The translations under genes and the position numbers were made by a program. This document shows positions 21,061 through 32,462 of a DNA stretch of 32,602 nucleotides, one piece after another. The stretch's first letter is position 1; each line of letters starts with the position of its first letter. Location of the stretch: NCBI RefSeq assembly GCF_001194135.2, contig NC_068984.1:137205433-137238034 (forward strand), read 5' to 3'. The notes under the pieces are model-generated. The model saw only the letters and a program-made list of their open reading frames with translations. It had not been told where the DNA came from and searched no databases. Source of the stretch: Octopus bimaculoides. Its lineage: Eukaryota.

Positions 21061-23439
21061 TGTCGGAAAAGACAACTACAAACCCTCGTAAAACCCTCAC
21101 CAGCAACGACTACCCAAATAGATTCGTGAGTTGAGGGCTGTCACCTGAGTGGTGCAAAGGTGTCATCTGCCAGGAATAAGAAATCACCAACAAATGGTGA
21201 TGCAGCGATGCACCATTACCGTGCATGGCCCCAGAGTACTACTATCCTTATTTATCACAGGTGTTTGGTTCCTAAGTAAAGACACCGTGTTAAATGAATT
21301 AATGATGAACAAGTAATATGAGTAAAAGAGTTTTCGTTGGAAGACCTAAAGTTCTCCTGAGCATTGTAGATGGTCGTCACTATGACGTGCTTTTGCAATC
21401 CAAGCAGAAGTTTTGATTGCCAACCCATGTTATAGTGATAGGCGTAACACTGTTTACACCTGACTATCGTGTTATCCCAGATCAGTGATAAATGCGGATA
21501 GATGGATATTGTTTTCTAATTTAGTCATAAGACCAGCCTTTAGTGAGAGAGACTTAGCTTAAGTAGTACCATGTTTTATCGGCACCGAAAGAATGAAAAG
21601 CAAAGTTGAACTCAGGACATAAAGAGCCGGGAAAATGTAATTTTGTCTGCTACGATCTATGTGTGCGCTTTTACACACCAAGCACCTAAATAAGAGAACC
21701 TTTCAAAGCTAACAGCGCAGTTTCCGGTGTCCTATCAAGGCCTCTATGATGAGTTGGATATACAGATATCATAAGACATTTTCCCGATACTCAAATGATT
21801 CTGCCAGCTCGCCACTTTATGGATAACATATATTACTCTACTTATTAACATAAGTACTTTCAACAAAGTAATACGTGTACTTGATATACAACCAGCATTC
21901 AAACAGTAGATAGCAGCAATGCAATCCAGATTTGGCCATAAATCATCATAATATATATTCTAATCAGATTTTGTTTTATGCTTATACATAAGCATTAAGG
22001 AAAAAAGAAAACTTTGATTTGGTTTCTGTCAACTTGTATGTTTTTGTTATTAGTTTGGGGCTGGCTTTTATGATCATGAAAAAGTTACAATGAAACAATT
22101 TTCTTTTTAATGCAGAATAAATAATAAATTTTAGCTTAATCCAGAACTTGAATGGAGGAAGTATTTGTTTCAATCAATGAGTAATATATTATTTGGAAGT
22201 CATTAATTTTTCTTTTATAGTAAGTGTACATCTATTTTGTATCCAAGGGAAAGGCAAAGGGTCCGATACAGTTATTAGATAGATTTGCATCTATACCTAT
22301 TATCGGATTTTGTTAGGGCCCCATATGGTAAAGATGTGGATGGGGAAAATGTGGGCAGAGGGTGATGTGCAACAACCCTCTCCCCTCACTATCTATGAAA
22401 GTAAACAACCCAAATAACTACGCAGAGGCAGCCATGGTTGGAACAAGAACAACAAGCATTCTTAAAAGAGAGGAGAATGGTCATTCCTTACCCAAGGGGC
22501 CTTATCTTATCGCCCATCACTTGTTATGCGCTCATAAATTAGTTTGATAGTTGAGTTCTGATTAGCTGTATGCAAAAAAGTACATAACTGGGGTCCGGAA
22601 CTCTCGTGGGAAAAAAAATTTGCAGGCCGGCCCTGCTACCAGCGCTACCGCCACACCATCAATGCTCCACCACCACCTACATGTAACCCCCACCGCAGCT
22701 ACCACAAACCCATCAATGTCATCAACTACCCCATCACTATCACCATCATTACCGTCCCCTCGCCACCATCTTCCACCACGACTACCGTCAGCGTTACCCC
22801 ATCGCCACTACCTTTCACCCAGGGCCGGATTAAGACACATAGAGGCCGTAAGCACTTAAAACATTTTGCTGTCACCATATATATTCTGTTGCCCCTAACG
22901 AATCTAACAGTAAGATGGAAAATAGTGTTTGTTCTTGTATACTTCCACTTTATTTATATTTGAATATTTTTTCTCCTTTTCTTAATGGCAAAGTCTTTGA
23001 TCACATGTTCACTGCGACACCGTGAACACTTGGAAATTATATTTCCGGTCAACATGTATAAACCACTTCAAATATATTATTTAAGCAAATTTAATGATTT
23101 CATTTGTGCTGTAAACCATTTACTATCTCTGTGATGCCTCACTCTTCACTCGATACCCTAAGCACGTACTTATTTTGCTTTATGGTTAAATCCAGCCTTG
23201 CTTTCACCGACATCACCACAACCTCATCGCCAACCCAACAACCCCTCACCAACATCACCACCACCACCACCTCCTCCATCAACGCTTGTCATAGCCGTCA
23301 CTAGGTCATTGTTTTGTTGCCATGTTTTGGTGAGAGTCAAGACAGAATCCTCAATCATAATCTAATAAACTTGTCACAAACGAGAATATACTCATCTCTC
23401 TAACGCCCTCTCTCTCTCTCTCTCTCTCACTCTCTCTAC

Positions 23440-23472
<33 letters not shown>

Positions 23473-23816
23473 CGTCTATCTCTATTTTTGGCAACCTACT
23501 CTTACACTACAAATTAATCGGATTTAATAACAGGTTGCCGTCCCTCTAATGACTCACATCGCTTTTGTTTTGTTAACTTGTCGTATTTGGTGGTAGTGAT
23601 TTCCATGGGAATTCAACAACAGCGTAAGAGAATGCAAGTGACACCAAATGTTGTTGTCTCTATAAACCTCATTGGAGGGAAAACTGGTTGCATTATTTGT
23701 CATAGAACACAGTTTAAGAAACTCCAAGCAAACAGGAGCCTGCCCATGAGTAATTCTAATGTAAGAGAATTTTACGTAAATGCAGGCGTGACTGTAAGGA
23801 AAGTATGTGGAGTCGC

Positions 23817-24405
23817 GGGCGTGGGTGTGTGGTTAACCACATGGTTCCGGGTTCAGCCTCACTGCGTGACACCTTGGGCAAGTGTCTTCTACTATAGCCT
23901 CAAGCCGGCCAAAGCCATGTGATTGAATTTGATTGACAGAACTTGAAATAAGGCGGCGAGCTGGCAGAAACGTTAGCACGCCGGGCGAAATGCTTAGCGG
24001 TATTTCGTCTGTCTTTACGTTCTGAGTTCAAATTCCGCCAAGGTCGACTTTGCCTTTCATCCTCTCGGAGTCGATAAATTAAGTACCAGTTACGCACTGG
24101 GGTCGATGTAATCGACTTAATCCCTTTGCCTGTCCTTGTTTGTCCCCTCTGTGTTTAGCCCCTTGTGGGCAGTAAAGAAATAGGAAACTGAAAGAAGCTT
24201 GTCGTGTGCGTGTGCATTTGTCCACCACCCACCGCTTGATGACCGGTGTTGGTACGTTTATGTCCCCGTAAGCTAGCAGTTCAGCAAAGACATACAACAG
24301 AATAAGTACAAGGCTTTAAAAGCAAGTGCTGGGTTCGATTCGTTCGACTTAAAATTCTTCAAGGCAGTGCCCCTGCATGGCCACAGTCTAATGAAACAAG
24401 TAACA
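23817..24405 (+). mobile_element. family B SINE with a nested family A SINE (23950-24182)
   Basis: B consensus is interrupted at GAC.GAAACTGAAA and resumes after A's AAAGAAATA tail. Confidence 0.85.
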
Positions 24406-24513
24406 GTTTTTAAAAAATGACAAACGCATGAAATTGTTATTTAGAAACTGTTTATTGAAAGTATCGTTTTTTCTTAGTTATACAATTTTAAGGAATCATT
24501 GTATGGTGTAGTG

Positions 24514-24793
24514 CAGGGAGTTTTCAAACTTTTTGACTTGCGGACCCCTTTATATTTCAGGCTTTACCTTAGGGACCCCCTTATAAACGCTTATGAAATT
24601 TATACATAAATATTTGTTTAAAATAACATATATTTTTACGTTTATTCATTTAACAGTATTTAACAAATAGGTTTATTGTCAATTAAAAGATTTTGATTAA
24701 AAAACATATATAAAATCAAATTGCCCATAAAAAGTATTTGCTGTCCACGGACCCCCTGTCTTGTCCTTGCGGACCACAGTTTGAAAACCCCTG
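24514..24793. mobile_element. hAT (Charlie-like) MITE, 280 bp
   Basis: TIRs CAGGG(A)GTTTTCAAACT; perfect 8-bp TSD GTGTAGTG at 24506-24513 and 24794-24801. Confidence 0.9.
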
Positions 24794-24853
24794 GTGTAGT
24801 GAATGGGAAGTGTTTGTGTGTGGGTGGGTGTGCATGTGTGAATTGTATGTACG

Positions 24854-24854
<1 letters not shown>

Positions 24855-24892
<38 letters not shown>
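24855..24892. repeat. (GATA)n microsatellite
   Basis: Directly visible. Confidence 0.9.
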
Positions 24893-25214
24893 TCAAACGG
24901 AAAGATAGTTAGATAGATAGATATGTTTTTTATTAGCAACACAGGGGTGAACATAGAGGGGACAAGTTACAAAGTAGAGCTTTTCTCTTTGGGGAGGAGA
25001 AGGAAGGGGGAAAAAACGCGTGTGAAACAGTAGAATTACCGAAATATAAGTTATGGGAAGAGATAAGAAAGGCAGGGAGGGGAGGTGATTGTTATCAATA
25101 TTGAGGTTTATAGAGATTGATTGTTTTTATTTGTTTTATCTTGAAGTGGTTTATCACAGAGCAATAAATATAACACTAAAGTAAGCAGGTAGAGTGGCAC
25201 ATGAGTGAGCAACA

Positions 25215-25220
<6 letters not shown>

Positions 25221-25294
<74 letters not shown>
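25221..25294. repeat. (GTA)n microsatellite followed by GGT/GCA/GGA runs (intronic)
   Basis: Directly visible. Confidence 0.95.
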
Positions 25295-25303
<9 letters not shown>

Positions 25304-25437
25304 GGTGGTGGGGTGAGGGCGGTGGCAGCAGCAGCAGTAGCAGTAGGAGGAGGAGGAGTGGTGGTGTACGCTACAAATACCATCAAATATGGTTGGTAAA
25401 AAACAAAGAGACAAAGAAAAATGTAACTCCGACTTAC

Positions 25438-26625
25438 CAATTCTCCTTGTAAAATATTCAGTTTTTGACCGAAGTCATGTGAGTTGTTTTCAGAACGTTT
25501 TCTTTCGGAGTTATTAATCTCACTGTCTTTTGGTAAAGTTCCACTGGCTTCAGAAAAGTAATTGTTCCTTATAAAATCGTTGCATTTATTGATGGATAAC
25601 ATTTGTTTATCGGTTTCTGTTTTGTCTAATGAAGGAGACTCATCTTCAAAAGACGAGTTAATTTCTTTGGAGTTAAGTTGGTTCTTATCAACAGTTAATC
25701 GATGAACCCTGGAATTTGAATTATCGTCTTTAATTCCAGAGGACTCTTTTGTGTCTTTTGATTCTAAATCACGCCGATCAATCTGAATTTTTTGCTTAGA
25801 AGAACATGGCTGCAAAAATGACGTGCTTTCCTTCGAAGCTGAGAAAGCTCTAGTTGTTTGCTTGTTTGTAAAGGAGTCTTCATTGTTTTTTTCAATGAGA
25901 TTGACGGGTTTTGGGTTTGTTTGAACAGTAAACACTTGGGAATTATCGGAAGAGATTTGTTCCCTTGAGATATCTCTTCTTGCACACGTCTGCTTATCTT
26001 TTGCTACAGAGATCTTAGTGTCTTCCTTCCGGTGCGTATCGATATTCTCATTCGCGTCTTTTTCTACCGCAGTATCGACAGGTTCCTTCGTATAAACCAC
26101 GTGGCTTTTATTTACAAATGCATTGTCCACGTTGCTAGAATTATAACCAGGACACTGATCAACGTGTGGTGGTGGTTCCTTACAGCAATCATCACTTGTA
26201 TAAATATCTGAAAAATCACTATCGTTTGAACTTGTCGTCTCGTCGATATCAGAACCAATATCAATCGCTGTTTGAGATTTTAACGGGTTTCGCTGTTGAT
26301 TTATTTGGCTTCTGGTTTTCAGTATTGGACTCAGTCCTCCATTAACCCCTTCCGTATCCCTATGAGAATGATCGCCAATTCCATTAGATTGTACAAACGT
26401 TTCTGACGTAGTTTTACCTCTATTGAAGCGCCAAACGGATTGTTTACTGCTCTGCGAGCTGTTTTTGTCATCACGCGGACTACTCGTTTTTTTCATGTCG
26501 CCGCAGCAAAAGCTATTGTACATACATACACTTGTTTCAGGTTTGCTCAATTTTAACTTCTGCGCCAAAACCATTACTGTATTCAAACTATCCTGTGGAG
26601 CATCTTCATCTTTTGACGACCACAT
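25438..26625 (-). CDS. FAM167A: FAM167-family protein, first coding exon (396 aa, MWSSKDEDAPQDSL...LNILQGEL)
   Basis: Long ORF. N-terminal PQDSLNTVMVLAQKLKL resembles FAM167A PDDHLRSLKALTEKLRL. GTAAGT donor after ..QGEL (compare human RKEL) joins in phase 0 to the terminal exon. Start codon assignment is less certain. Confidence 0.85.
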
Positions 26626-26626
26626 C

Positions 26627-26627
<1 letters not shown>

Positions 26628-26681
<54 letters not shown>
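26628..26681. repeat. (ATT)n microsatellite, ~18 units
   Basis: Directly visible, abutting the FAM167 ATG. Confidence 0.95.
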
Positions 26682-26682
<1 letters not shown>

Positions 26683-27484
26683 ATGCTATGTTAGTCAGCA
26701 AGGTTGATGTTTTGAGGGTTGGTGACAACAGGTCTCCTCAAATCTCAAAAAGCTTTCTTAGGATTCTTGTAAAATATTAGATTGGCCTTTTCTGTAGGTC
26801 GGCAATGATCGTCTCAGTTCCAGTATTAAATATAAAGCCACTAGTTCAATGTATTGTCGCAGTTATTTGTATTATAGTAATGGTTATAGAAGGTATTGAT
26901 TGTTAGATCGATCGAACTTCTATTGTATCAAGTTTTCAGGAACATTTTTGTTCAAATCCTACATGGATGGATTTGACATTTCACTCCTCCATGGTGAAGA
27001 AAACATATATATCAGAACTATACGAGACTCCGATTCCTTTGAATGTATTTCATACTGCGTTTCGTTGAACCAATTCTCACTCATAATCTCTTTTCTTTAT
27101 GGTTAGTTAAGTCAAAAATAAAAAAAACAAAAAGGAAAAGAAATGCTTGCTGAAGTTATGGCGTTTACGATGAAAGCAGTACCAGCTGTCGTAGAAAGAA
27201 ATTAGTCTTCGTGTGATAAGGAAATCATTAACAATTGCGAAGGTAATAATCCAATCTAAAAAGAACAAAGAGAAAATATTAATCACACAATAACAAATCT
27301 GCAAGAAATTTCCACATACAAGAACTGTTTTAAATATAATTTTTAAAAACAACAGCGATGGCCATCTTTCGATCTCTGAACATAAAATGGCAGTCAATAA
27401 AGTGGAGCAAACTAAAAGGGAAGTCAATGAATGAACTGCGAAAGATAAATAAATACCGCATGTGATAGCACTCAAAAACAGAAA

Positions 27485-27571
27485 AATTTGAACTCAGAAC
27501 GTAGCGGCAGACGAAATACCGCTAAGCATTTTACACGGCGTGCCGACGTTTCTGCCAGCTCGCCACCTTCA
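27485..27571 (-). mobile_element. family A SINE head
   Basis: Reverse complement of AAGGTGGCGAGCTGGCAGAAACG..GAGTTCAAATT. Confidence 0.8.
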
Positions 27572-28011
27572 AGATCAACATAAAATATCAGAAACTGTGA
27601 GACAATATTTGTGATTTTTAATTTTGTGTTTTACAAAACTATACATGGTAAACAGATATATTGTCTTCTTACAAATGCATAACTGGTTATCCACTGTTGA
27701 AAGGAACAAAATGGAAGAAGTATGCCTGCGGTTTTACAGGCGTCTTGGTTACGTATATCTGAGGTTTGATATACAATAGATGAAGGAGTTCTAAAGGGAG
27801 GAATTATCTACTTGGTAATGTGTATTGTTGAAAGCAACAGAAGTAGGTCGTTAATATATAGAAGAGTGAGAGAGATGTAGTGTTTACAATTGTACCGGAA
27901 GCATAAGTAGTAAATAAAGGTGTGTGTGGACAAGATAAAACAATGACTGCCAGGCAGATTAAATCTTGCCTTAATGTCTTCTTTTTGTTCTTTATCTCAT
28001 AACTTATACAA

Positions 28012-28167
28012 CTCTAATGGTACGGTAGGCTTTATTTTAAAAATATGGGGAAGGATGTGAGTTAGAGTCACTTTAAAGGGAAAGGAAAACTCTAATGGTA
28101 CAGTAGGCTTTATTTTTAAAATATGGGGAAGGATGTGAGTTAGAGTCAATTTAAAGGGAAAGGAAAA
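28012..28167. repeat. 78-bp tandem duplication
   Basis: 28012-28089 vs 28090-28167, three differences. Confidence 0.9.
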
Positions 28168-29678
28168 CAAAGAAGTCGCTAGAGGAACGTTGAAATTGAC
28201 AAGCAGTGATAGAGATGTTCCCTGACATTGGTGGTAAAAAGTAAATGTATCTACGAGTGAATGCTGGGTTCCTGGATTCGGGTAAAAGAAAATACAGGTG
28301 GGTCAGTTAATTATGATTTTATTCAACCTGTTCCCCTCTCAGATTCACACAACTTATTGCAGCGGTTCATCAGTTTTTCTAAGCCCTGTAAAAAAGAACT
28401 CGGGAGGTTGGGCCTCCAACCAGGCTTTTCGCGGTACCATTAGAGCCAGGAACTTTTCAGCATTGCTTTGTATGACTGGGAATGTGTGGCTTAGAGATTA
28501 GGGTGTTGGGTTCATGATCGCAAGGTGATGGATTTCAATTACCTTTATGTCCTTGATCAAGGCACTTCATTTCTCATTGCTCCAAGCAACTTAGCTGAAA
28601 ACTAATAACAGCAACAGCTTAGGGTCAATCTTGCGATGGACTAGCATCCCTTCCAGGAGCAGTGTCGTATTCTCAGTCTCTGATATGGCTCGGAAACTTG
28701 TTTAAGCTTTGCTCTAATGATCTTGTAAATGTTCGAGACAGACTTCAAAGATTTATAACCTAGAAGAGCTTGAAGTATATCTATAATGCATATATTAAGA
28801 GAATAAGCGAATAACACAATTTCAGATATGTGGGGCTGAGGTGAGCCGGACGTAAAGGGTCAGTGATGACATGCGAACAACAGAGGGGCCTTGCCAAAAG
28901 GAGGGGAGCAAGGGAGGGCATGTGAACAGAAGGATGACTAGCAAAGGTCTCTTTTGCTTTGGGGCTGTTGCTCGAGACGGACATGGTGGTTGCGCGAGTT
29001 GAGGGAATTTATCGTTAGGTTCTGGCTAGAGGTTTATAGTGAAGATGGCTGTTGTTGTTTTACAAAGGTAAAATGGTGGTATTTATAGTAATGATGGCTG
29101 TTGATCAGCTCTGATGATGAAAAGCATTTCCAGCCATGACGATCTTTCGTTTAGATACTGTGTAACTAAGATACTGTGTAACCTGGAAAACTATCCACCA
29201 TGATTTTTAATGTTAGTGTGTGATATGGGGAAGATTCTGTTGCTGTTTCTAGCCCGGCTGCAAAGGATCAACGCTATAAGAGGACCCACGAAGTAGGTGA
29301 ATTCTGCTGTTCTTCCCCCATACCTCAAGATAACAATCATGATTAAAAGAATAACAATAAACAGTTTCGAATTAGGTAGAAAATCTTCATTAGTTGACTA
29401 TAAGAAAACTTGCATATTTCGCGGAATGAAGTGATCGGGGGTGGCCGTTTAGAAGCTGACGATTTAGCACGACTGATTGGAGATTGAATGCGTGTTGGTG
29501 CTGAGTGCAAAACACGTGCGTGCATGTAAATATATACACATCCAGATAGAAAGAGAGAGAGAGAGAGAAAGAGGTAGGGAGGGAAAGAGAGGGAGAGATT
29601 ACATTTTATCAACTGAATACGATTGACATAAACATTTTTCATCTCCTCACACACACAAAAAGAAATCTACTCAGACAC

Positions 29679-29680
<2 letters not shown>

Positions 29681-29735
<55 letters not shown>

Positions 29736-29755
29736 TAGACAGACAGACAAGTAGA
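29681..29755. repeat. (GA)n/(GACA)n microsatellite
   Basis: Directly visible. Confidence 0.9.
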
Positions 29756-30852
29756 CAGAACAAGAAAAACATTAAAACGTCTGATGTCAAATAAGTTAGT
29801 ATAAAATCAATGACACTAAATAGGAGGCGCATACGCCAAAATGTCTCATACCCCATGTTTCATTATCTTAACTAGTCTTTACGAGGCTTGAAAATGTCAG
29901 TTAAAACCTTTACTCCGCAATCTATGTAGCAACCTTTAGCCCTTAATCATTTAAACCGGCCATATCAGACCCAAATATACTACCTGTTTTATAGTCAAGC
30001 AGGCCAGATAATGCCTCTCACACTTACCCAACAATGTCATTCTAAAAATAAGCAATTACATCGCTAAAATCTCGAAACGATGTCAATAAATAAGCATCAC
30101 ATTTAACAGAGGGTTAAATCTAGAGTCGTTGTTGATCTATTCAAGCTATCACAGAAGTTTTTATGCAACGTCTCTAGAACAGTTTAGTACGCTCTCCAAG
30201 CTAGATTGTAACAGAAGATTTCACATAATGAAACACTTACCAATTATACAGTGGTCCCCGAACAAATAGTAAAATGCAATTGATTTAATAACACAGTTAC
30301 ACAATTTCTTATCACAAGGAAATATCATAATCATTTGTCAATGTGTATTAATGGACAGGGTGTAAAAATAGATTGACTAAGGAACCTATCATTTGTTTTT
30401 TGTTTTTGTTTGTTGTAGTGGGGTTGTTTTGTCTTTTTCGTTTGTTTGTTTTAAAGATAAAGTTATGAGCCGATTGTGTTCTGCTAAGTCACAGTGACCT
30501 TGGCTGACATAGACAATTGTTAAATATGAAACTATGATTCATCAGTCGGAATGATAACTTTTATTTCCCTTCCATACCTCTTTTCATTCCTTTTGCGTTC
30601 TTCTTTAATCCTTCCTTTCCGTCTCTTTACCTGTCCTAAAAACGATACCTGTAATTTTCACCTGAGTGACAGACGAGCTCAGTTTCGTGCAGATAACAAG
30701 GAACAGAAGAAATACGTTCATATGTGACAACCAGTTTCTAAAGTTAAACAAGAAGTCACAGACATTCAACGATGAATTTATCAGTCTCTTTAAATTATTG
30801 ACGGGAAGAAAAAAAAAAAAGAGAGAGAGAGAGAGAGAAATAAGAAAAGAAT

Positions 30853-31105
30853 AGGTGAAGGCGTGGTTGTGTGGCAAGAACTTTGCTACCCAACCACATG
30901 GTTTCGGGTTCAGATCCACTACGTAGCACCTTGGGCAAGTATCTTCTGTTATAACCTCGGATCGACCAAAGCCTTGTGAGTGGATCTGGTAGACAGAAAC
31001 TGAAAGAAGCCCGTCGTGTGTTTGTGTGTGCGCGCGACTTTGTCCCTCTTCATCGCTTGCATTCCAGTAACTTAGCAATTCAGCGAAAAAGACCGAAAGA
31101 AACAG
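30853..31105 (+). mobile_element. family B SINE
   Basis: tRNA head + CORE-like region + TG repeat + partial tail. Confidence 0.8.
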
Positions 31106-31154
31106 TTTTCAACTGCAGAATAAGAAGAAGGAGGAGAAGAGAGAGAGTGAGAGA

Positions 31155-31800
31155 NNNNNNNNNNNNNNNNNNNNNNNNNNNNNNNNNNNNNNNNNNNNNN
31201 NNNNNNNNNNNNNNNNNNNNNNNNNNNNNNNNNNNNNNNNNNNNNNNNNNNNNNNNNNNNNNNNNNNNNNNNNNNNNNNNNNNNNNNNNNNNNNNNNNNN
31301 NNNNNNNNNNNNNNNNNNNNNNNNNNNNNNNNNNNNNNNNNNNNNNNNNNNNNNNNNNNNNNNNNNNNNNNNNNNNNNNNNNNNNNNNNNNNNNNNNNNN
31401 NNNNNNNNNNNNNNNNNNNNNNNNNNNNNNNNNNNNNNNNNNNNNNNNNNNNNNNNNNNNNNNNNNNNNNNNNNNNNNNNNNNNNNNNNNNNNNNNNNNN
31501 NNNNNNNNNNNNNNNNNNNNNNNNNNNNNNNNNNNNNNNNNNNNNNNNNNNNNNNNNNNNNNNNNNNNNNNNNNNNNNNNNNNNNNNNNNNNNNNNNNNN
31601 NNNNNNNNNNNNNNNNNNNNNNNNNNNNNNNNNNNNNNNNNNNNNNNNNNNNNNNNNNNNNNNNNNNNNNNNNNNNNNNNNNNNNNNNNNNNNNNNNNNN
31701 NNNNNNNNNNNNNNNNNNNNNNNNNNNNNNNNNNNNNNNNNNNNNNNNNNNNNNNNNNNNNNNNNNNNNNNNNNNNNNNNNNNNNNNNNNNNNNNNNNNN
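31155..31800. other. assembly gap (646 N)
   Basis: N run flanked by (GA)n on the left and (TA)n/(GATA)n on the right. Confidence 1.
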
Positions 31801-31826
31801 ATATATATATATATATATATATATAC

Positions 31827-31889
<63 letters not shown>

Positions 31890-32107
31890 CGTACACATAA
31901 ATACTTATACATATACACTTATTCTATCTGTGAATATATGCATGAGTGTAAGGAAACATAAAATGGTACCCGTTTGTATTTGTGACTCAGCTTATACAAA
32001 GGAGTAGGTATTATTCAGACATTTCCATATATCGTCGATGCTACAAGTGCTTTTGATGACGATGACGCAGCAGATTAATTCGTAATTCTCTCACTCCCCA
32101 CCCCCAC

Positions 32108-32175
<68 letters not shown>

Positions 32176-32462
32176 GTCACACACACTCACGTTGTCTTTT
32201 AACTTGTGCTTGATGGTTTAGCTGTTTATCATGATGACTAAACCAGAGCCTGTGGCTATGGATACGGTTCTGTTTGATGCTACACGTACAGACACATATT
32301 TACATACATGCACACAAACATACACATAAACACATATATACATACATACATACATACATACATACATACACACACGCGCACGCACATACATACACACACA
32401 CACATACATACATACATACATACATACATACATACATACATACATACATACATACATACATA
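31801..32462. repeat. microsatellite cluster: (TA)n/(GATA)n, (CT)n, (TACA)n
   Basis: Directly visible at 31801-31890, 32114-32172 and 32330-32462. Confidence 0.9.

Noticed and set aside
25108-25437. C-terminal poly-Pro/Ala/Leu part of the 505-aa ORF
   Set aside because: Read-through past a strong GTAAGT donor into intronic (GTA)n and related microsatellites; the true C-terminus is at 20403-20657.
28780-29040. GC-richer segment with GTGATGA (snoRNA C-box-like)
   Set aside because: No convincing D box or terminal stem, and not in a known host intron; origin unresolved.
30976-31918. Long ORFs of 269-286 aa
   Set aside because: Artefacts of the N gap and flanking microsatellites.
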